Positions 49,268 through 61,071 of a DNA stretch of 64,000 nt are shown piece by piece. The notes below the pieces were generated by a model. The model saw only the letters and a list, made by a program, of their open reading frames with translations, searched no databases and had not been told where the DNA came from. Numbering within the stretch: position 1 is the first letter of the stretch; every line of letters starts with the position of its first letter. A program made the position numbers and the translations under genes. Source of the DNA: Alphaproteobacteria bacterium (GTDB lineage: Bacteria; Pseudomonadota; Alphaproteobacteria; UBA828); NCBI GenBank assembly GCA_965221125.1, contig CBDCRW010000006.1, positions 858,750 to 922,749 of the forward strand, in the 5' to 3' direction.

Positions 49268-50705
49268 CCTGATTCCCCAGGCGGCGGACGACGTGGAGAT
49301 CACGGGGCTCGCGTCGGACTCGCGCGACGTGCGCCCCGGCTGCCTGTTCGCGGCGCTCCCCGGCACGAATGTTTCGGGCGTCGACTACATCGCGGATGCG
49401 GTTGGACGGGGCGCGGTCGCCGTGCTCGCGCCGGAGGGGACCGACCCTGGCCTCGCACGCGGGGCCAGCCTCGTGACCGACCCCAACCCCCGGCAGCGGC
49501 TCGCGCTCGCGGCGGCGCGCTACCACGGCGCGCAGCCGGCGGCCGTAGCCTGCGTCACCGGGACCAACGGCAAGACCTCGGTGGCCGACTTCACCCGCCA
49601 GATCTGGCGGGCTTCCGGCCACAAGGCAGCCTCCCTCGGGACCCTCGGCATTCGCGTGGATGACGGCCAGCGGCCTCTGCGGCACACGACGCCCGACCCG
49701 ATCGCCCTGCACCGCGACCTGGCCGGGCTCGCCGCAGACGGCATCGACCATCTGGCGCTGGAGGCATCGAGCCACGGTCTCGCGCAGCACCGCCTCGACG
49801 GCGTGCGCGTAGATGCTGCGGCGTTCACGAGCTTCTCCCGCGATCACATGGACTACCACGCCGACGCGCACGCCTACTTCGCGACCAAGGCGCGTCTCTT
49901 CAAGGAGGTCATGCCGGCTGACGGCACCGCGGTGCTCAACGCCGACGATCCGCGCGTGGCAAGCCTCGCCGCCCGCTGCCGCGCGCGGGGGCAGCGGGCG
50001 CTCACCTACGGCACGGCGGGCGAAGACCTCCGGCTGTCGGCCCGGCACGACACGCAAGCCGGCCAGAACCTAACCGTTTCAGTCCTCGGCACCCGGCACG
50101 ACATCGCCCTGCCGCTCCCCGGCGCGTTCCAGGCCCACAACGCGCTGGCCGCCCTCGGCCTCGCGCTGGCGACGGGCGTGGACGCGACCGACGCGGTCCG
50201 GGCGCTTCACGCCCTCGAAGGCGTGCCGGGCAGGCTACAGCGGATTGCAGGCCATCCGGCCGGCGCGGACGTCTTCGTGGACTACGCGCACACCCCCGAC
50301 GCGCTCGAAGCGGCCTTGCGCGCCGTGCGCCCCCTGGTGCCGCGCACGCTGGTCGTGGTCTTCGGCTGCGGCGGCGAGCGGGACGTCGGCAAGCGGCGCG
50401 AGATGGGTGAGGTCGCAGCAAAGCTTGCCGACCGGGTCATCGTGACCGACGACAATCCCCGCCGCGAGGACCCGGCGCTGATCCGCCGCGCGATCCTCGA
50501 CGCCTGCTCCGGCGCGGTGGAGATCGGCGCGCGCGGCCGGGCCATCCGCACCGCCATCGAGGGGCTGGGCTCAGGAGACGGCCTGCTCATCGCCGGCAAG
50601 GGCCACGAGCGCGAGCAGGTCGTGGGCGAGCGCACCATCGCGTTCGACGATGCCGACGCCGCGCGCTCTGCCATGACCGTGATCGCAGGCGGATGGGCGG
50701 CATGA
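49254..50705 (+). CDS. murE: UDP-MurNAc-tripeptide synthetase (meso-DAP ligase)
   Basis: TGTNGKTS, EASSH, DYAHTPD, DNPR (DAP specificity), AGKGHE. Confidence 0.97.
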   Translation: MRLSDLIPQAADDVEITGLASDSRDVRPGCLFAALPGTNVSGVDYIADAVGRGAVAVLAPEGTDPGLARGASLVTDPNPRQRLALAAARYHGAQPAAVACVTGTNGKTSVADFTRQIWRASGHKAASLGTLGIRVDDGQRPLRHTTPDPIALHRDLAGLAADGIDHLALEASSHGLAQHRLDGVRVDAAAFTSFSRDHMDYHADAHAYFATKARLFKEVMPADGTAVLNADDPRVASLAARCRARGQRALTYGTAGEDLRLSARHDTQAGQNLTVSVLGTRHDIALPLPGAFQAHNALAALGLALATGVDATDAVRALHALEGVPGRLQRIAGHPAGADVFVDYAHTPDALEAALRAVRPLVPRTLVVVFGCGGERDVGKRREMGEVAAKLADRVIVTDDNPRREDPALIRRAILDACSGAVEIGARGRAIRTAIEGLGSGDGLLIAGKGHEREQVVGERTIAFDDADAARSAMTVIAGGWAA

Positions 50706-52132
50706 GTCGGCCTTGCCACACCGTTCCGCTCTGGACCTCGGCGGAGGCCGCGTCCGCCACCGGCGGGCGCGCGCCCGAAGCCTGGAGCGCGACCGGCGTT
50801 TCCATCGACAGTCGCAGCGTCGAAGCGGGCGACCTCTTCGTGGCGCTCGCGGGCCCCAACCATGACGGCCATGACTTCGTGCAGGCCGCGTTCGAGCGCG
50901 AGGCGGCGGCGGCGATGGTGAGCCGCCAGCCCAAGGCGCGGCCCGAGGGCGCGCCGCTGCTGCTCGTCGTGGACACCTTCGAGGGTCTCCGCACCTTGGC
51001 CGGCCGGGCGCGCGAACGGAGCGCGGCCCATTTCGTCGCCATCACCGGCAGCGTCGGCAAGACCGGCACCAAGGAGATGCTGGCCCGCGCCCTCGCGAGC
51101 TGCGGCGCCACGCACGCCAGCGCGGGCAACCTCAACAACCACATCGGCGTCCCCCTCAGCCTCGCGCGCCTGCCGCAGGATGCCGCCTACGGCGTGTTCG
51201 AGGTCGGGATGAACCATCCCGGCGAGATCGGCCCGCTGTCGCGCCTGCTGCGGCCGCAGACGGCATTGATCACCGCCATCGCCGCGGCTCACACCGAGTT
51301 CTTCTCCGGCCTCGATGCCGTGGTCGACGCCAAGGCCGAGATCTTCCAAGGGCTCGAGGGCGGCGGCACCGCCGTGCTGAACCACGACAACGCCTACTTC
51401 GATCGGCTGGCCGCGGCCGCGCGGAGCGCCGGCGCGGGACGCATCGTCTCGTTCGGCGAGGGCGGACAGGCGGAAGCCCGGCTCCTGACCTGGGAACCCG
51501 GCGCGGAGGGCGGAACCGTCACCGCGGCGATCGACGGCGCCGAGCTCCGCTACGAGATCGCGTACACGGGCCGGCACTGGGCACTGAACAGCGTGGCCGC
51601 GCTCGCCTGCGTCCATGCCGCCGGCGCAGCGGTCGGGCAGGCAGCCAGCGCGCTGCGTACGCTCGGGCCGGGCGCGGGCCGGGGCGTGCGCCACCGCATC
51701 CCGGTCGAAGGCGGTTTCTGCGCGTTGATCGACGAGAGCTACAACGCGAGCCCGGCGGCGGTTCGCGCGGCCATCGCGACCCTCGCCGAGACGGCGCCGT
51801 TGGCACCCGGCGGACGGCGGATCGCGGTGCTGGGCGACATGCTGGAGCTCGGCGAGGCGGCGGCGCGCTGGCACGCTGAGCTCGCCGGCGACCTGGACGC
51901 CGCCGGGATCGATCTCGTCTTCACCGCCGGCCCGCTGATGGCCCACCTCCACCGCGCCCTGGACCCTGCCCGGCGCGGCGCCCACGCAGCGCAGTCGGAC
52001 GGCCTCACCGACATCCTCCGCGCGGAACTCCGTGCGGGCGACGTGGTCCTGGTCAAGGGCTCGCTCGGCAGCCGCATGGGGCCGATCGTCCAGCGCCTCG
52101 CCGCCGACAGGGCGGCCGCCCCACGGTCATGA
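50702..52132 (+). CDS. murF: UDP-MurNAc-pentapeptide synthetase
   Basis: ITGSVGKT, NNHIGVP, EVGMNH, DESYNASP, LVKGS. Confidence 0.97.
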   Translation: MSRPCHTVPLWTSAEAASATGGRAPEAWSATGVSIDSRSVEAGDLFVALAGPNHDGHDFVQAAFEREAAAAMVSRQPKARPEGAPLLLVVDTFEGLRTLAGRARERSAAHFVAITGSVGKTGTKEMLARALASCGATHASAGNLNNHIGVPLSLARLPQDAAYGVFEVGMNHPGEIGPLSRLLRPQTALITAIAAAHTEFFSGLDAVVDAKAEIFQGLEGGGTAVLNHDNAYFDRLAAAARSAGAGRIVSFGEGGQAEARLLTWEPGAEGGTVTAAIDGAELRYEIAYTGRHWALNSVAALACVHAAGAAVGQAASALRTLGPGAGRGVRHRIPVEGGFCALIDESYNASPAAVRAAIATLAETAPLAPGGRRIAVLGDMLELGEAAARWHAELAGDLDAAGIDLVFTAGPLMAHLHRALDPARRGAHAAQSDGLTDILRAELRAGDVVLVKGSLGSRMGPIVQRLAADRAAAPRS

Positions 52133-52153
52133 CCAGGAAGGGCGCGCCGCACC

Positions 52154-53239
52154 ATGTTCTTCAACCTGCTGTATCCGCTCTCGGACTCGATCGGCATCTT
52201 CAACGTCTTTCAGTACCTGACGTTCCGCACGGGCGCGGCGGTGATGACGGCTCTCCTCATCAGCTTCGCCCTCGGGCCGGGGCTGATCCGCGCGCTGCGG
52301 GCGCGGCAGACGCACGGGCAGCCGATCCGCAGCGACGGACCGGAGACCCACGCGGCCAAGGCGGGGACGCCCACAATGGGCGGGGTGCTGATCCTGCTCG
52401 CCGTCACCGTGGCGACGCTGCTCTGGGCCGACATGACCAACCCGCATATCTGGGCGCTGCTGGTGGTCACCATCGGCTTCGGCGCAATTGGCTTCGCCGA
52501 CGACGCGCTGAAGCTGCTGAACCGCAGCCACCGCGGCCTGAACATCCGCATCAAGGTCGCCGCGCAGATCGTGCTCGCGGTGGGGGCTGTCTTCTGGGTC
52601 ACGATGATCCTGGACGCGCCGCTCGACCACGGGCTCGCGCTGCCGTTCGTCAAGTCGTTCCTGGTGGACATCGGCTGGTTCTCGGTGCCCTTCGCTGCCT
52701 TCGTGGTCATCGGCTCGTCCAACGCGGTGAACCTGACCGACGGCCTCGACGGCCTGGCGATCGTGCCGATCATGGTCGCCGCCGCCTGCTTCGCGCTGAT
52801 CGCCTACGTGGTGGGCAACAGCGTGTTCACCGACTACCTCCAGGTCCACCACGTGCCGGGCAGCGGCGAGCTTGCGGTCTTCTGCGGCGCGCTGGTCGGC
52901 GCCGGACTGGGCTTCCTCTGGTTCAACGCGCCGCCCGCCATGGTCTTCATGGGAGACACCGGCTCGCTGTCCACCGGCGCGGCGCTCGGCATCATCGCCG
53001 TGATGACCAAGCACGAGATCGTGCTCGCCATCGTGGGCGGGCTGTTCGTGCTCGAAGCGGTCTCGGTGATCGTGCAGGTGGCCTCGTTCAAGCTGCTCGG
53101 GCGGCGGGTCTTCGCCATGGCGCCGCTGCACCATCACTTCGAGAAGAAGGGGTTCGCGGAGCCCACCATCGTCATCCGCTTCTGGGTGATCGCCGTGATC
53201 CTCGCCCTGATCGGGCTCTCGACGCTGAAGCTGAGGTGA
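52154..53239 (+). CDS. mraY: phospho-N-acetylmuramoyl-pentapeptide transferase
   Basis: [36 protein letters not shown]. Confidence 0.98.
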   Translation: MFFNLLYPLSDSIGIFNVFQYLTFRTGAAVMTALLISFALGPGLIRALRARQTHGQPIRSDGPETHAAKAGTPTMGGVLILLAVTVATLLWADMTNPHIWALLVVTIGFGAIGFADDALKLLNRSHRGLNIRIKVAAQIVLAVGAVFWVTMILDAPLDHGLALPFVKSFLVDIGWFSVPFAAFVVIGSSNAVNLTDGLDGLAIVPIMVAAACFALIAYVVGNSVFTDYLQVHHVPGSGELAVFCGALVGAGLGFLWFNAPPAMVFMGDTGSLSTGAALGIIAVMTKHEIVLAIVGGLFVLEAVSVIVQVASFKLLGRRVFAMAPLHHHFEKKGFAEPTIVIRFWVIAVILALIGLSTLKLR

Positions 53240-53243
53240 GCCG

Positions 53244-54626
53244 GTGATCCGGGTGCCCCTCTATCGCAACCGGCCTGTGGCCGTGCTCGGGCTCGCGCGC
53301 TCCGGCCTCGCCGCGGCGCGGGCGCTCGGCGCCGGCGGCGCCAGCGTGCTCTGCTGGGACGATTCGCCGGATCCCCGCGCGGCGGCCCGCGACCAGGGCT
53401 TCGAGGTGCGCCCCGCCGGACCAGAGGACGGCATCGCCGCGCTCGTGCCGAGCCCCGGCGTTCCGCTCTCGCACCCTGCGATTGCCGCAGCCCAGGCCGC
53501 CGGCGTCGAGGTGATCGGCGACATCGAGCTGCTGTGGCGCTCGCTGCCGGAGCCCCGCTACATTGGCGTCACCGGCACCAACGGCAAGTCGACCACGACG
53601 GCGCTCATCGGCCACCTGCTGCGCGGGGCCGGGGCCCGCCGCGTTCGCGTCGGCGGCAATCTCGGCACCGCCGCCCTCGACCTCGCGCCCGTGCCGGGCG
53701 ACGGCACCTTCGTCCTCGAGCTTTCCTCCTATCAGCTCGATCTGACCGTCGAGACCACCTTCGACATCGCCGTGCTGCTGAACGTCGCGCCGGACCATCT
53801 CGACCGCCACGGAACCATGGCCGCCTACGTCGACGCGAAGCGCCAGATCTTCCGTCCCGGCCGGCTCCGGACCGCCGTCGTCGGCATCGACGATCCCATC
53901 TCCCGCGCGGTGCACGACTCGCTCGGCGAGCGCGACCAGCTCCAGCTGGTCCCTGTGACCGTGGGCGCCAAGTCCCGCCGGGGCGTCTCGGTCGCGAAGG
54001 GGGTTCTGCACGAGAACGGCGCGGCGGTCTGCGACCTCTCGCAGGCGGCGGCGCTGCCCGGCAGGCACAACTGGCAGAACGCGGCGGCTGCCTTCGCGGC
54101 GGCGCGCGCCTGCGGGCTCTCGCCCGAGCGGCTGGCCGAGGCGCTCCTCGATTTCCCCGGCCTGCCGCACCGGATGGAACAGATCGGCAGCGTCCACGGC
54201 ATCCCCGTCATCAACGACAGCAAGGCGACGAACGCCGAGGCGGCCGCGCGGGCCATCGCCTGCTTCGAGAACGTCTACTGGATCGCCGGCGGGCGGCCCA
54301 AGGAAGGCGGGATCGACGCCATCGCGCCTCACTTCCCGCGCATCGCCCATGCCTTCCTCATCGGCGAGGCGGAAGACAGGTTCGCGGCCACGCTCCAGGG
54401 CCGGCTGCCGGTGACCCGCTGCGGCACCCTCGACCGCGCCGTCGCGGCCGCGCTCGACGCCGCCTGCGAGAACGGCCGCGCGGGCACGGTGGTGCTGTTC
54501 TCGCCGGCCTGCGCATCGTTCGATCAGTTCAGCGACTTCGAGCAGCGCGGCGATCGGTTCCGCTCGCTGGTCCCGGTCGATCCGGCCGCGGCTGCGGAAG
54601 AGGAGGCTCCGCCGTGCACGCGGTGA
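53244..54626 (+). CDS. murD: UDP-MurNAc-L-Ala--D-glutamate ligase
   Basis: GLARSG, TGTNGKSTT, ELSSYQL, NDSKATN, SPACASFDQF. Confidence 0.97.
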   Translation: MIRVPLYRNRPVAVLGLARSGLAAARALGAGGASVLCWDDSPDPRAAARDQGFEVRPAGPEDGIAALVPSPGVPLSHPAIAAAQAAGVEVIGDIELLWRSLPEPRYIGVTGTNGKSTTTALIGHLLRGAGARRVRVGGNLGTAALDLAPVPGDGTFVLELSSYQLDLTVETTFDIAVLLNVAPDHLDRHGTMAAYVDAKRQIFRPGRLRTAVVGIDDPISRAVHDSLGERDQLQLVPVTVGAKSRRGVSVAKGVLHENGAAVCDLSQAAALPGRHNWQNAAAAFAAARACGLSPERLAEALLDFPGLPHRMEQIGSVHGIPVINDSKATNAEAAARAIACFENVYWIAGGRPKEGGIDAIAPHFPRIAHAFLIGEAEDRFAATLQGRLPVTRCGTLDRAVAAALDAACENGRAGTVVLFSPACASFDQFSDFEQRGDRFRSLVPVDPAAAAEEEAPPCTR

Positions 54627-55750
54627 CGCCCTTCTCCCGCACGGATACCAGCCTGCTCGGCCGCTGGTGGTGGACCGTCGACCGTTGGATGCTGACGGCG
54701 GTCCTGCTGCTCATGCTGGTCGGTGCGGCGCTGGCGCTCGCCGCGAGCCCGGCTGCGGCCGAGCGGATCGGCCTCGATTCCTTCCACTTCGCCCGCCAGC
54801 AACTGCTCTTCCTGCCCGTGGCGCTGGTCGTGATGCTGGGCGTCTCGCTGATGTCCCGCACCGGCGTGCAGCGCGTCGGCGTGGCGGGGACCGCGCTCAG
54901 CATCGCCCTGCTCGCGCTCACGCTCATCGTCGGCCTGGAGCTGAACGGCGCGCGCCGGTGGCTGCCGCTGGGCGGCTTTCACCTGCAGCCGTCGGAATTC
55001 GTGAAGCCCTGTCTCGCGGTGTTCATGGCCGCCGTCCTCGCGCGCTCACGGGAGGAGCAGCTGCCCTACGGCAAGCTCGTCGCGTCGGTTCCCGTGATTC
55101 TCGCCGCGCTCCTCCTCGTCCTCCAGCCGGATATCGGCATGGCGACGACGGTGGCCGCCGTCTGGTTCGTGCAGATGTTCGTGGCCGGCATGCCGCTGGC
55201 GCTCGCCGTTCTGGGCGGCGTGGCGACGGCGGGCGGCCTCGTCTTCGCCTATCACAACCTGGCGCACGTCAAGAGCCGCATCGACCAGTTCATCGACCCC
55301 ACGACCGGCGACACCTATCAGGTCGATACCTCGCTCCGCGCCTTCGAGGTTGGCGGCCTGTTCGGGCGCGGCCCGGGCGAGGGAACGGTCAAGCACGTGC
55401 TCCCCGATGCCCATACCGACTTTATCTTCGCCGTGGCCGCCGAGGAGTTCGGCGTCATCGCCTGCATCGTCGTCGTCGCGCTGTTCGGCTTCATCGTCCT
55501 ACGCGGCTTCGCCCGCACCATGCGGGACGGCGACCTGTTCTCGCTGATCGCGGTGACCGGGCTGCTCGCCCAATTCGGCTTCCAGGCTCTCATCAACATG
55601 GGAGTCGCCATAAGGCTCCTTCCCGCCAAGGGCATGACCCTTCCGTTCCTGAGCTACGGCGGCTCGTCGACGATGGCGACCGCGATCGGCCTCGGAATGG
55701 TGCTCGCGCTGACCCGCGAACGGCGGAACGGAGAAGGATACGCACATTGA
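54623..55750 (+). CDS. ftsW: SEDS peptidoglycan glycosyltransferase FtsW
   Basis: WWWTVD, QPSEFVK, LQPDIG, PDAHTDFIF, SYGGSS. Start at GTG 54623 or 54614. Confidence 0.96.
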   Translation: MTPFSRTDTSLLGRWWWTVDRWMLTAVLLLMLVGAALALAASPAAAERIGLDSFHFARQQLLFLPVALVVMLGVSLMSRTGVQRVGVAGTALSIALLALTLIVGLELNGARRWLPLGGFHLQPSEFVKPCLAVFMAAVLARSREEQLPYGKLVASVPVILAALLLVLQPDIGMATTVAAVWFVQMFVAGMPLALAVLGGVATAGGLVFAYHNLAHVKSRIDQFIDPTTGDTYQVDTSLRAFEVGGLFGRGPGEGTVKHVLPDAHTDFIFAVAAEEFGVIACIVVVALFGFIVLRGFARTMRDGDLFSLIAVTGLLAQFGFQALINMGVAIRLLPAKGMTLPFLSYGGSSTMATAIGLGMVLALTRERRNGEGYAH

Positions 55751-56898
55751 GAACGCCTGCGCCCAACCCTCCCATTCTCCTCGCAGCAGGCGGAACTGGC
55801 GGCCACGTGTTTCCGGCCGAGGCCCTCGCGGCCGAGCTGGAGGCACGCGGCCGCCGTCTTGTTCTCATGACAGATCGGAGGGGCGTCGCCTTCGGCGACG
55901 TACTGGGGCGCATCGAACGACACGCCATCGCGTCACGGAGCCCGAGCGTGCGCGGGCCGGTGGCGCGGGTCTTCGCAATCCTCGGGCTCGCGCGCGCGGT
56001 CATGCAGGCGTCGCGCGTGCTGCGCCGGATTCGCCCGGTAGCCGCCGTCGGCTTCGGCGGCTACCCGTCGGTGCCGCCGCTGGTGGCGAGCGGGCGGCTC
56101 GGCATCCCGAGCGTGCTGCACGAGCAGAATGCTGTGCTCGGCCGTGCCAACCGGATGCTCGCGCGGCGCGCCTCCGCGATCGCAACGTCCTTCCCCGAGA
56201 CCGAGCGCGTTCCCGAGAGCCGCGTGGGCCTCGTCACCCACGTGGGTAACCCGGTGCGCGCCGCCATCGCGGCGCTGCGGGGTACGCAGTACGACCCACC
56301 CGCAGCGGACGGGCCGTTCCGCCTGCTGGTCACGGGCGGGAGCCAGGGCGCCCGCGTCTTCGCCGAGGTCGTGCCGGCGGCCGTGGCGGCGCTGCCCGAA
56401 GCTCTCCGGCGGCGGATCGAGCTGAGCCAGCAGTGCCGCCCCGAGGACCTGGCGGCGGTCGAGCGCGCTTACGCCGAGGCCGGGGTGGCGGTGCGGCTCG
56501 CGCCCTTCTTCGAGGACATGCCGGCGCGGCTCGGCGAGGCCCACGTCGTGATCTGCCGGGCCGGCGCATCGACCATCGCCGAGCTTGCGGCGGCGGGACG
56601 GCCGGCGATCCTGGTGCCGCTGCCCATCGCTGCGGACGATCACCAGAGCGCGAACGGGCGCGCCCTGGTCGCGGCCGGCGCGGCGATCATGATCGCGCAG
56701 CCGTCGTTCACGGCCGCCCGGCTCGCCCAGGAGCTGGAGACGCTCATGGCGGAGCCTGCCGCGCTCGCGCGGCGCGCGGCCGCTGCCGGCGGTCTCGCCC
56801 GGCCCGGCGCGGCGCGCGCGCTGGCGGATCTCGTCGAGGGCCTGATCGGCGGCTCGACCGCGCAGCCTGCGCCGGCAGGCGCGGGGAGCGCGGCATGA
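55747..56898 (+). CDS. murG: lipid II GlcNAc transferase
   Basis: [39 protein letters not shown] start overlapping the ftsW stop. Confidence 0.96.
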   Translation: MRTPAPNPPILLAAGGTGGHVFPAEALAAELEARGRRLVLMTDRRGVAFGDVLGRIERHAIASRSPSVRGPVARVFAILGLARAVMQASRVLRRIRPVAAVGFGGYPSVPPLVASGRLGIPSVLHEQNAVLGRANRMLARRASAIATSFPETERVPESRVGLVTHVGNPVRAAIAALRGTQYDPPAADGPFRLLVTGGSQGARVFAEVVPAAVAALPEALRRRIELSQQCRPEDLAAVERAYAEAGVAVRLAPFFEDMPARLGEAHVVICRAGASTIAELAAAGRPAILVPLPIAADDHQSANGRALVAAGAAIMIAQPSFTAARLAQELETLMAEPAALARRAAAAGGLARPGAARALADLVEGLIGGSTAQPAPAGAGSAA

Positions 56899-58340
56899 AG
56901 GCGATGCCGTTTACCATCGGCACGATCCATTTCGTCGGCATCGGCGGGATCGGCATGAGCGGCATCGCCGAGATCATGCACAACCTCGGCTACCGGGTCC
57001 AAGGCAGCGACATCGCCGAGAGCGCGACCGTGCGCCGCCTGCGCGCGCTGGGTATTGCCGTCTCGCGCGGCCACGGCGCCGAGATCATCGACGACGTGGC
57101 GGTGCTGGTCGTCTCGTCCGCCATCGGCGAAGACAACGTCGAGGTGATCGCCGCGCGCGAGCGCCACATCCCCGTGGTGCAGCGGGCCGAGATGCTGGCC
57201 GAACTGATGCGCCTCAAGTGGTCGGTGGCGGTGGCCGGCACCCACGGCAAGACGACCACGACCTCGATCATCGCCGCCATGCTCGACGGCGCCGGGCTCG
57301 ACCCCACCGTCATCAACGGCGGCATCATCAACGCCTACGGCACCAACGCGCGGCTCGGCGCGGGCGACTGGATGGTGGTCGAGGCCGACGAGTCCGACGG
57401 CAGCTTCGTCAAGCTGCCGGCCATCGCCGCCGTCATCACCAATATCGACCGCGAGCACATGGAGTTCTACGGCGACTTCGACGCGGTGCGCGGGGCCTAC
57501 CGCTCCTTCGTCGAGAACATCCCCTTCTACGGCGTCGCCGCGCTTTGCATCGACCACCCGGAGGTGCAGGGCCTGATCGGGCGCATCGAAGACCGCCGCA
57601 TCGTGACCTACGGGCTCAGCCCGCAGGCCGAGGTGCGGGCGGTCAACGTCGCGGGCGACCCGCTGGGGTCGACCTTCGACGTCGTCGTCTCCGGCTATGT
57701 GCAGGAGCGCCACGGCGCCATGGAGGGCGTGCGGCTGCCGATGCTGGGCGTGCACAACGTGCAGAACTCCCTGGCGGCGATCGCCGTCGGCCGCGAGATG
57801 GGCTTTTCCGAGGCCGTGATTCGCCGCTCGCTGGCGGATTTCGCGGGCGTCGAGCGGCGCTTCACCAAGGTCGGCGTCGTCGGCGGAGTCACGGTGATCG
57901 ACGACTACGGCCACCACCCGGTGGAGATCGCCGCCGTCCTCAGCGCCGCACGCAGCGCCTACAGCCGGCGCATCGTCGCGGTCGTGCAGCCCCATCGCTA
58001 CACCCGCCTGCGCGATCTGTTCGAGGATTTTTGCAGCTGCTTCAACGACGCCGATACGGTCGTCGTCGCCGACGTTCATCCCGCCGGCGAGCTGCCCATC
58101 GAGGGGATCGACCGCGAAGCGCTGGTCGAGGGCTTGTGGCGCCACGGTCACCGCCACGTGCTCCCGCTCGAGGAGCCGGACGCCCTGCCGGCGCTGATCG
58201 ATACCCTGGTGGAGCCCGGCGACCTCGTCGTCTGTCTCGGCGCCGGCAGCATCACGCACTGGGCGCGGGCGCTTCCCGACGCCCTCGAGGCTCTGCGGAG
58301 CGGCGCGAGGGCGGCAAGCCCCGCCGGGCAGTCGTCATGA
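56895..58340 (+). CDS. murC: UDP-N-acetylmuramate--L-alanine ligase
   Basis: [36 protein letters not shown]. Confidence 0.98.
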   Translation: MKAMPFTIGTIHFVGIGGIGMSGIAEIMHNLGYRVQGSDIAESATVRRLRALGIAVSRGHGAEIIDDVAVLVVSSAIGEDNVEVIAARERHIPVVQRAEMLAELMRLKWSVAVAGTHGKTTTTSIIAAMLDGAGLDPTVINGGIINAYGTNARLGAGDWMVVEADESDGSFVKLPAIAAVITNIDREHMEFYGDFDAVRGAYRSFVENIPFYGVAALCIDHPEVQGLIGRIEDRRIVTYGLSPQAEVRAVNVAGDPLGSTFDVVVSGYVQERHGAMEGVRLPMLGVHNVQNSLAAIAVGREMGFSEAVIRRSLADFAGVERRFTKVGVVGGVTVIDDYGHHPVEIAAVLSAARSAYSRRIVAVVQPHRYTRLRDLFEDFCSCFNDADTVVVADVHPAGELPIEGIDREALVEGLWRHGHRHVLPLEEPDALPALIDTLVEPGDLVVCLGAGSITHWARALPDALEALRSGARAASPAGQSS

Positions 58341-59299
58341 TGGCGAGCAGCGAAATGGCCGGCTGGGCCGATCGCCTCCCCAGGGTTCGCGGCCGCTATG
58401 CGTTCGACGTCGACCTCTCCCGGACGGTGTGGTTCCGCGCCGGCGGCCGCGCCGATGTCGTGTTCCGCCCGGCGGATGTCGACGACCTCGCGCACTTCCT
58501 CGCCACCCGCCCGGCCGACGTGCCGGTCACGGTGGTGGGCCTCGGCTCCAACGTTCTGGTTCGCGACGGCGGCGTGGAAGGCGTCGTGGTGCGGCTGCGC
58601 CAAGGCTTTCGCGAGACGCGCGTGCGCTGGCAGGGGGCGCGCGCGCTGGTGGACGTCGGCGCCGGCGCCCTCGACATGAACGTGGCCCGCTACTGCCGCG
58701 ACGAGGGCGTCGACGGATTGGCCTTCCTCAGCGGCATTCCCGGCACCATCGGCGGCGCGCTCCGCATGAACGCGGGCGCCTACGGCTTCGAGATGGCCGA
58801 CGTCGTCGTCGAGGCGCGGGCGCTGGACGGCAGCGGTGCCATGCACGTGCTCACGCCCGATGCGCTGGGCTACGCCTATCGTCATTCCTCGGTTCCCGAC
58901 GACTGGATCCTCGTCTCCGCCGTGCTCGCCGGGCGTCGCGGAGAACCCGCCGCCATCGCCCGCCACATGGAAGAGATCAACGCCGCGCGGGAGGCGAGCC
59001 AGCCGATCCGCGCGCGCACCGGCGGCAGCACCTTCACCAACCCCGAAGGCCGCAAGGCGTGGGAGCTGATCGACGAGGCCGGCTGCCGCGGCCTCGGCCG
59101 GGGCGGCGCCTGGATCTCGGAGCAACACTGCAACTTCATCGTCAATGCCGGCGGCGCCACGGCGTCGGACATCGAGGGGCTCGGCGAGGAGGTTCGCCGC
59201 CGGGTCGAGCAGACGAGCGGCCTCTCGCTCACGTGGGAGATCCGCAGGATCGGCCGGCACCGGCGCTGGCCGGAGGAGAACGGAGAGGGCGAGGCATGA
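58337..59299 (+). CDS. murB: UDP-N-acetylenolpyruvoylglucosamine reductase
   Basis: [38 protein letters not shown]. Confidence 0.97.
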   Translation: MMASSEMAGWADRLPRVRGRYAFDVDLSRTVWFRAGGRADVVFRPADVDDLAHFLATRPADVPVTVVGLGSNVLVRDGGVEGVVVRLRQGFRETRVRWQGARALVDVGAGALDMNVARYCRDEGVDGLAFLSGIPGTIGGALRMNAGAYGFEMADVVVEARALDGSGAMHVLTPDALGYAYRHSSVPDDWILVSAVLAGRRGEPAAIARHMEEINAAREASQPIRARTGGSTFTNPEGRKAWELIDEAGCRGLGRGGAWISEQHCNFIVNAGGATASDIEGLGEEVRRRVEQTSGLSLTWEIRRIGRHRRWPEENGEGEA

Positions 59300-60216
59300 G
59301 TGCCGCGGGCAAGCATGTCGCCGTGCTGAAGGGCGGCTGGTCCGCCGAGCGCGAGGTCTCTCTCGTCTCCGGCGAGGCGGTGGAGCGCGCGCTGGCCGCG
59401 GGCGGCTACCGCGTGACCGGCATCGACGTGGCCCGCAACCTGCCCGCGATGCTGGCGCGGATCCGGCCGGACGTGGTGTTCAACGCGCTGCACGGCTCCA
59501 TCGGCGAGGACGGATGCGTCCAGGGCCTGCTCGAGGTCATGGGCCTGCCCTACACCCATTCGGGCGTGCTCGCCTCGGCGCTGGCGATGGACAAGCCGGC
59601 AGCGAAGCAGCTCTTCGCCGACGCCGGGCTCACCTGCCCCGAGGGCCGCGTGATGCGCCGCACCGATGTGGCTGCCGGTGCCGCGGGCGCGCCGCCCTAC
59701 GTCATCAAGCCGCTGGACCAGGGCTCGAGCGTGGGTGTCCATCTGGTCTTCAGCGGCGACAACGCGGTGCTGCAGAACGGCGACTGGCCCTTCGGCGATC
59801 AGGTTCTCGTCGAGCGCTACATTCCGGGGCGCGAGATCCAGGTCGCGGTGATGGGCGAGCGCGCGCTTGGCGCCATCGAGATCAGGCCCAAGGGCCGCTT
59901 CTACGACTACGAGGCCAAGTACACCGAGGGGCGGGCCGACCACCACATGCCGGCGCCGATCCATCCGGACGCCTACGCCGAGGCGCTGGAGATCGCGCTC
60001 ACCGCCCACCGCGCGCTCGGCTGCCGGGGCGTGAGCCGCGCCGACCTCCGCTACGACGACACGGCTGGCGAGCCCGGCCGCTTCTACCTGCTCGAAATCA
60101 ACACCCAGCCGGGCATGACGCCGCTCTCGCTGGTGCCCGAGATCGCCGCCGACGCGGGCATCAGCTTCGAGCAGCTCGTCTGCTGGCTCGTGGAGAACGC
60201 CGCATGCGACAGCTGA
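59296..60216 (+). CDS. ddl: D-alanine--D-alanine ligase
   Basis: GGWSAEREVS, LHGSIGEDG, GSSVG, YDYEAKY, EINTQPG. Confidence 0.97.
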   Translation: MSAAGKHVAVLKGGWSAEREVSLVSGEAVERALAAGGYRVTGIDVARNLPAMLARIRPDVVFNALHGSIGEDGCVQGLLEVMGLPYTHSGVLASALAMDKPAAKQLFADAGLTCPEGRVMRRTDVAAGAAGAPPYVIKPLDQGSSVGVHLVFSGDNAVLQNGDWPFGDQVLVERYIPGREIQVAVMGERALGAIEIRPKGRFYDYEAKYTEGRADHHMPAPIHPDAYAEALEIALTAHRALGCRGVSRADLRYDDTAGEPGRFYLLEINTQPGMTPLSLVPEIAADAGISFEQLVCWLVENAACDS

Positions 60217-61049
60217 GCCTCTTCGCACCGCGGAAGGAGGACGCGCGGCCGGCACCGCGCCGCAGCGTGTCACGCCTTGCCTCGCGGCGCCTGCTCAGGT
60301 GGGCGGGTATCACGCTTGCGGGCGGCGGCATCGTCGCCGCGGCGATCTGGGTCATCCAGCCCGGCACGCTCAAGGCCGTGGGCGCCGAGATCAAGGCGGG
60401 CTTCGTGTCGGCGACGGTGGACGCGGGCATGACCGTGCAGCGCATCCGCACCGAGGGTCCGCGTCAGTTGTCGGCCGATGCGATCCACGCCGCCGTCGGC
60501 GTCGCGCTCGGCACGCCCATCTTCGAGGTCGATCTCGATGCCGCGCGCGAGCGCATCGAGGCCGTCGCCTGGGTCGAAAGCGCGACCGTCGAACGGCATC
60601 TGCCGTCGACGCTCCACGTGCGCATCGTCGAGCGCACGCCGGTGGCGCTCTGGCAGCGCAATCAGCGGCTGGTCATGGTCGACCGCACTGGCACGGAGAT
60701 CGCCGGCGAGGCGGTCCACCGCTTCTCTCATCTGCCGGTCATCGTGGGCGACGGCGCGCTTGACCACATGGCGACCCTGCTCGACGCGATGGCGAGCGAG
60801 CCGGCGCTGTCGGCGCGGGTGCAGGCTGCCATCTGGATCGGCGGCCGGCGCTGGACGCTCCGCTTCGACAACGGCCTCGAGGCCAAGCTGCCCGAGAGCG
60901 AGATCGGCCCGGCATGGGCGCGTCTCGTGCGGGAGGTCGGCGACCACAGCCTCCTCGACGAGCCGATTGCGGTCGTGGACCTGCGCCTTCCCGACCGGAC
61001 CATCCTCCGCCAGCGGCCGCCCGAAGTGCCGGCCGACGACCGGACATGA
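60204..61049 (+). CDS. ftsQ: cell division protein FtsQ
   Basis: TM plus POTRA (WVESATVERHLP), ER.PVALWQ, RRW, VDLRLPDR. Confidence 0.92.
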   Translation: MRQLSLFAPRKEDARPAPRRSVSRLASRRLLRWAGITLAGGGIVAAAIWVIQPGTLKAVGAEIKAGFVSATVDAGMTVQRIRTEGPRQLSADAIHAAVGVALGTPIFEVDLDAARERIEAVAWVESATVERHLPSTLHVRIVERTPVALWQRNQRLVMVDRTGTEIAGEAVHRFSHLPVIVGDGALDHMATLLDAMASEPALSARVQAAIWIGGRRWTLRFDNGLEAKLPESEIGPAWARLVREVGDHSLLDEPIAVVDLRLPDRTILRQRPPEVPADDRT

Positions 61050-61071
61050 CGAGACCGGGAGCTCGGATACC